Below are positions 61,496 to 64,000 of a DNA stretch of 64,000 nucleotides, one piece after another. Origin of the DNA: Candidatus Bathyarchaeia archaeon (GTDB lineage: Archaea > Thermoproteota > Bathyarchaeia > Bathyarchaeales > Bathycorpusculaceae); assembly GCA_050010755.1 (NCBI GenBank), contig JBEKKK010000001.1, positions 928,001 through 992,000 of the forward strand, written 5' to 3'. The position numbers and the translations under genes were made by a program. The stretch's first letter is position 1. Every line of letters starts with the position of its first letter. The notes beneath the pieces are model-generated. The model saw only the letters and a list, made by a program, of their open reading frames with translations. It was not told the origin of the DNA and ran no database searches.

Positions 61496-62544
61496 TGAAG
61501 CGTAAAATTGAGGAATGGCCGGCCAAAGAACTTTATGCAAAGAGAAACTCGATTCAATACCCTGATTTCCAAAGAGAGCCCACTGTCTGGAACGAAGTAA
61601 AGAGGCAACTATTGATCGACTCGATGTTAATAGGTCTGGACATACCTAAAATCTACTTATACCAACCAGAAGAAGGCCAGGTCAATGTCCTTCGTCCAGG
61701 GAGAAGACAAATTGATAATTATGACTGCATTGATGGCCAACAGAGGATAGTATCCGTTATCGATTTTTTCAGTCAGAGTCTAAAACTCAAAGATGGTCGC
61801 TACTGGCGTAATCTAACTTTTGAAGAACAACAAACTCTTCTCAATTATAAGTTCACAATTGCGCTTGTTACTATAGCCACTGAAGAAGATTTGAGGCTTC
61901 TCTTTCTCAGACTTCAGCTGGGCTCTATTCTCAATGTGGGAGAAAAACTACATGCAATGAAAGGAGGTATGCACGACTTTGTATTTGACGTTGGCAAGAA
62001 TCATCCCTTCTTTGTTAAAGTGACTATACCCGAAAGAAGATTTGCCAGAGAGACGGTGTTTGCTCAGATTTGCATAAACTCCTTCTATCGTTCGCTTCAC
62101 GGCACCTTTTATAGCGCAAGATACGAAGAACTCAAAGCTTTTTTTGCGCAGTATTCGAATTTGGAGGAATACGGGAGTGAAGTGACACGAATTAGGCATA
62201 CTTTGGATCTGTTAGACCAATACTTTGGAGTCGAAGCAACTCAGTTCAGGAACAGAGCAACCATAGTTTCAGGGTACTTGTTCTTTGAACAATTGATTGT
62301 AAAGGATGAAACAGAAAAACTTCCAATATTCGTGAAATTCTATTTAGAATTCTTGCGGAAGCTGTCACAACAATCGTCTAGAGGACTTGACTACGATCCG
62401 CAATACAGAGGATTATTGGATTTCCAAACTAACATCCTCCAAGCAGCAGTTAGCAGGGCAGCGATAGAAGCAAGGAATAGAATATTGGAAGAATATTTTG
62501 ATTATTACTTGGAAACCAAGAAAATAAAGACAACTCCTCTATGA
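61495..62544 (+). CDS. DUF262 (ParB-like) domain protein
   Basis: PDFQRE..W, LIDS, IDGQQR, LF.RLQ.G..LN; start overlaps the Sir2 stop (TAATG). Confidence 0.88.
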   Translation: MKRKIEEWPAKELYAKRNSIQYPDFQREPTVWNEVKRQLLIDSMLIGLDIPKIYLYQPEEGQVNVLRPGRRQIDNYDCIDGQQRIVSVIDFFSQSLKLKDGRYWRNLTFEEQQTLLNYKFTIALVTIATEEDLRLLFLRLQLGSILNVGEKLHAMKGGMHDFVFDVGKNHPFFVKVTIPERRFARETVFAQICINSFYRSLHGTFYSARYEELKAFFAQYSNLEEYGSEVTRIRHTLDLLDQYFGVEATQFRNRATIVSGYLFFEQLIVKDETEKLPIFVKFYLEFLRKLSQQSSRGLDYDPQYRGLLDFQTNILQAAVSRAAIEARNRILEEYFDYYLETKKIKTTPL

Positions 62545-62663
62545 TGTTGTGAATTTCATTCCAATCATATTGCCAGTCTACGCGCTAAAGCTCCTCTTCA
62601 CCACCCTTCGTTTTTATATGCGGTTAGAATATATCATATTCATTACTGTCCGTAGATGACTGA

Positions 62664-63917
62664 ATGGAGAGAGCATCGATCCTTTCGCAACAGAAGAAAA
62701 TTATCGAACAAAATCAAGCCCTCGATTTGCCTGAGACACGAACTGCAAATTGGGATTTTGCCGGAAGCGACACTCAATATTCTACACATGGAATGCATAC
62801 ATGGTTAGCGGCTATGATTCCCGCACTGGCGGGCAAGCTTATTAAGGTCACACGGGCAGCAAGCGTTCTCGATCCGTTCTGCGGTGGTGGAGCGGTACTT
62901 GTTGAGGCTGTGTTGGCCGGAATCCCAACTGCTGGTATCGATATAAACCCACTCGCAACTCTCATTTCACGGGCCAAGACCACTTACATTGAGAAGGAGC
63001 TGCTCGAAAAGAGTTTAGCAGAGATCTTGAAAGCATCGAGCAATTATCCTAGACATGTCATTGCTTTCCCCCAAAAATACAACGTCCATTACTGGTACAA
63101 ACTTTACATGATTCCTGAATTGAGTTCAATTTCCATCGCTATCGGAAATGTGGAAGACCAGAAGATCAGGAATTTTTTTGAATGTGTGTTTTCCGCAACT
63201 GCAAGGGATGTTTCACTGACTCACAGGAATGAAATCAGACTTCGCAAATTAGAGCCGGGGCGATTAGCGAAATTCAATCCCGATGTTACTAGACGATTTG
63301 TTTCAAGAGCACGTGACGCGATTTTACGTGTGAGTAAACTCCCTAAAAACGCAGACGCCACTGTTTTGGATGGACACATTGTGTATACGCCTTTCAAGGA
63401 TGATGCCTTCACTACGATAATCTGTTCACCTCCATATGGCGATGAGCGCAACGGCGTCTGCTATTTTCAATCCGTTAAGAACATGCTGTATTGGCTTGGT
63501 TGGTCAGTAGAGGCATTGAATAGTCGCAAGTCTCGAACATTGGGTTGGGTTAGGGGTAGGAAATCAATAGACTCTCCTCCATCGCGCACTTTGAGAGAGA
63601 CAATCAATACTGTCAAGAACGAGAGGAGTCAATTGGAAGCTCTGGCATTCTATTATGATTACTGCCTCTCATTGAAAGAAATGGCTAGAGTTGTCAATGA
63701 TAAAATAGTAATAGTGATTGGCCAGAGGGTTTTGGATAGGAGGGTTTTTGACAACTCCAAGATAACTGTAGAACTCCTTGATGATGTTGGGGTAAAACTT
63801 GAACAGGAGTTTACCCGGAATTTACCGAGTAAGAGATTGCCAAAGTTGCGTGAATTTGGAGGAGTAATAGACAAAGAACACATATTGATCTTCACAGTCA
63901 AAAACAAAAGAATGTGA
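62664..63917 (+). CDS. DNA methyltransferase (probable N4-cytosine, alpha class)
   Basis: TH..H.W.A.MIP, VLDPFCGGG, ICSPPY. Confidence 0.85.
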   Translation: MERASILSQQKKIIEQNQALDLPETRTANWDFAGSDTQYSTHGMHTWLAAMIPALAGKLIKVTRAASVLDPFCGGGAVLVEAVLAGIPTAGIDINPLATLISRAKTTYIEKELLEKSLAEILKASSNYPRHVIAFPQKYNVHYWYKLYMIPELSSISIAIGNVEDQKIRNFFECVFSATARDVSLTHRNEIRLRKLEPGRLAKFNPDVTRRFVSRARDAILRVSKLPKNADATVLDGHIVYTPFKDDAFTTIICSPPYGDERNGVCYFQSVKNMLYWLGWSVEALNSRKSRTLGWVRGRKSIDSPPSRTLRETINTVKNERSQLEALAFYYDYCLSLKEMARVVNDKIVIVIGQRVLDRRVFDNSKITVELLDDVGVKLEQEFTRNLPSKRLPKLREFGGVIDKEHILIFTVKNKRM

Positions 63918-64000
63918 TTCACTAGGACGTCGGTGATTCTCGGACTATTTGTTCCACATCACTAATGAGATTGCTCATAGATTTAATTTTATTCTTGATT

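Noticed and set aside
2050-62587. Classical integron (attC array)
   Set aside because: No RYYYAAC...GTTRRRY long hairpins seen, no IntI, genes in both orientations with their own promoters
2050-62587. GCGCGC junctions as a restriction-ligation (BssHII-like) or amplification artefact
   Set aside because: Many sites are degenerate, have biased TA flanks and respect gene ends, and the duplicated units are diverged rather than identical; unlikely, but read-level confirmation is still advisable

Overview
Archaeal DNA, most likely Candidatus Bathyarchaeia. This assignment is inferred from Alba, TrmB, an archaeal type IV pilus operon, BHB-intron tRNAs, PEF-CTERM proteins and a Bathyarchaeia-type integrase tail. 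The window is a mosaic of short, unrelated accessory genes in mixed orientation: metal/arsenic resistance, redox enzymes, small Zn-finger and RHH proteins, surface proteins and two defence clusters. It also holds tRNA-Arg(TCT), a two-intron tRNA-Ser(TGA) and a pilus operon. The dominant unexplained signal is a short palindrome, consensus (T/A)AGCGCGCGCT(A/T). By hand count there are about 30 exact GCGCGCGC cores plus many CG->TG/CA variants, almost all at gene or module junctions. The motif often overlaps stop codons, bounds a duplicated 220-bp non-coding unit, marks the breakpoints of truncated genes and flanks an orphan integrase C-terminus. The best hypothesis is a gene-cassette shuffling system that uses a minimal palindromic recombination site unlike integron attC. 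No intact recombinase is present in the window. Secondary observations are apparent ACG start codons, a tRNA intron at position 8/9, and a Sir2+DUF262 gene pair. All family calls come from motif recognition, not database searches.
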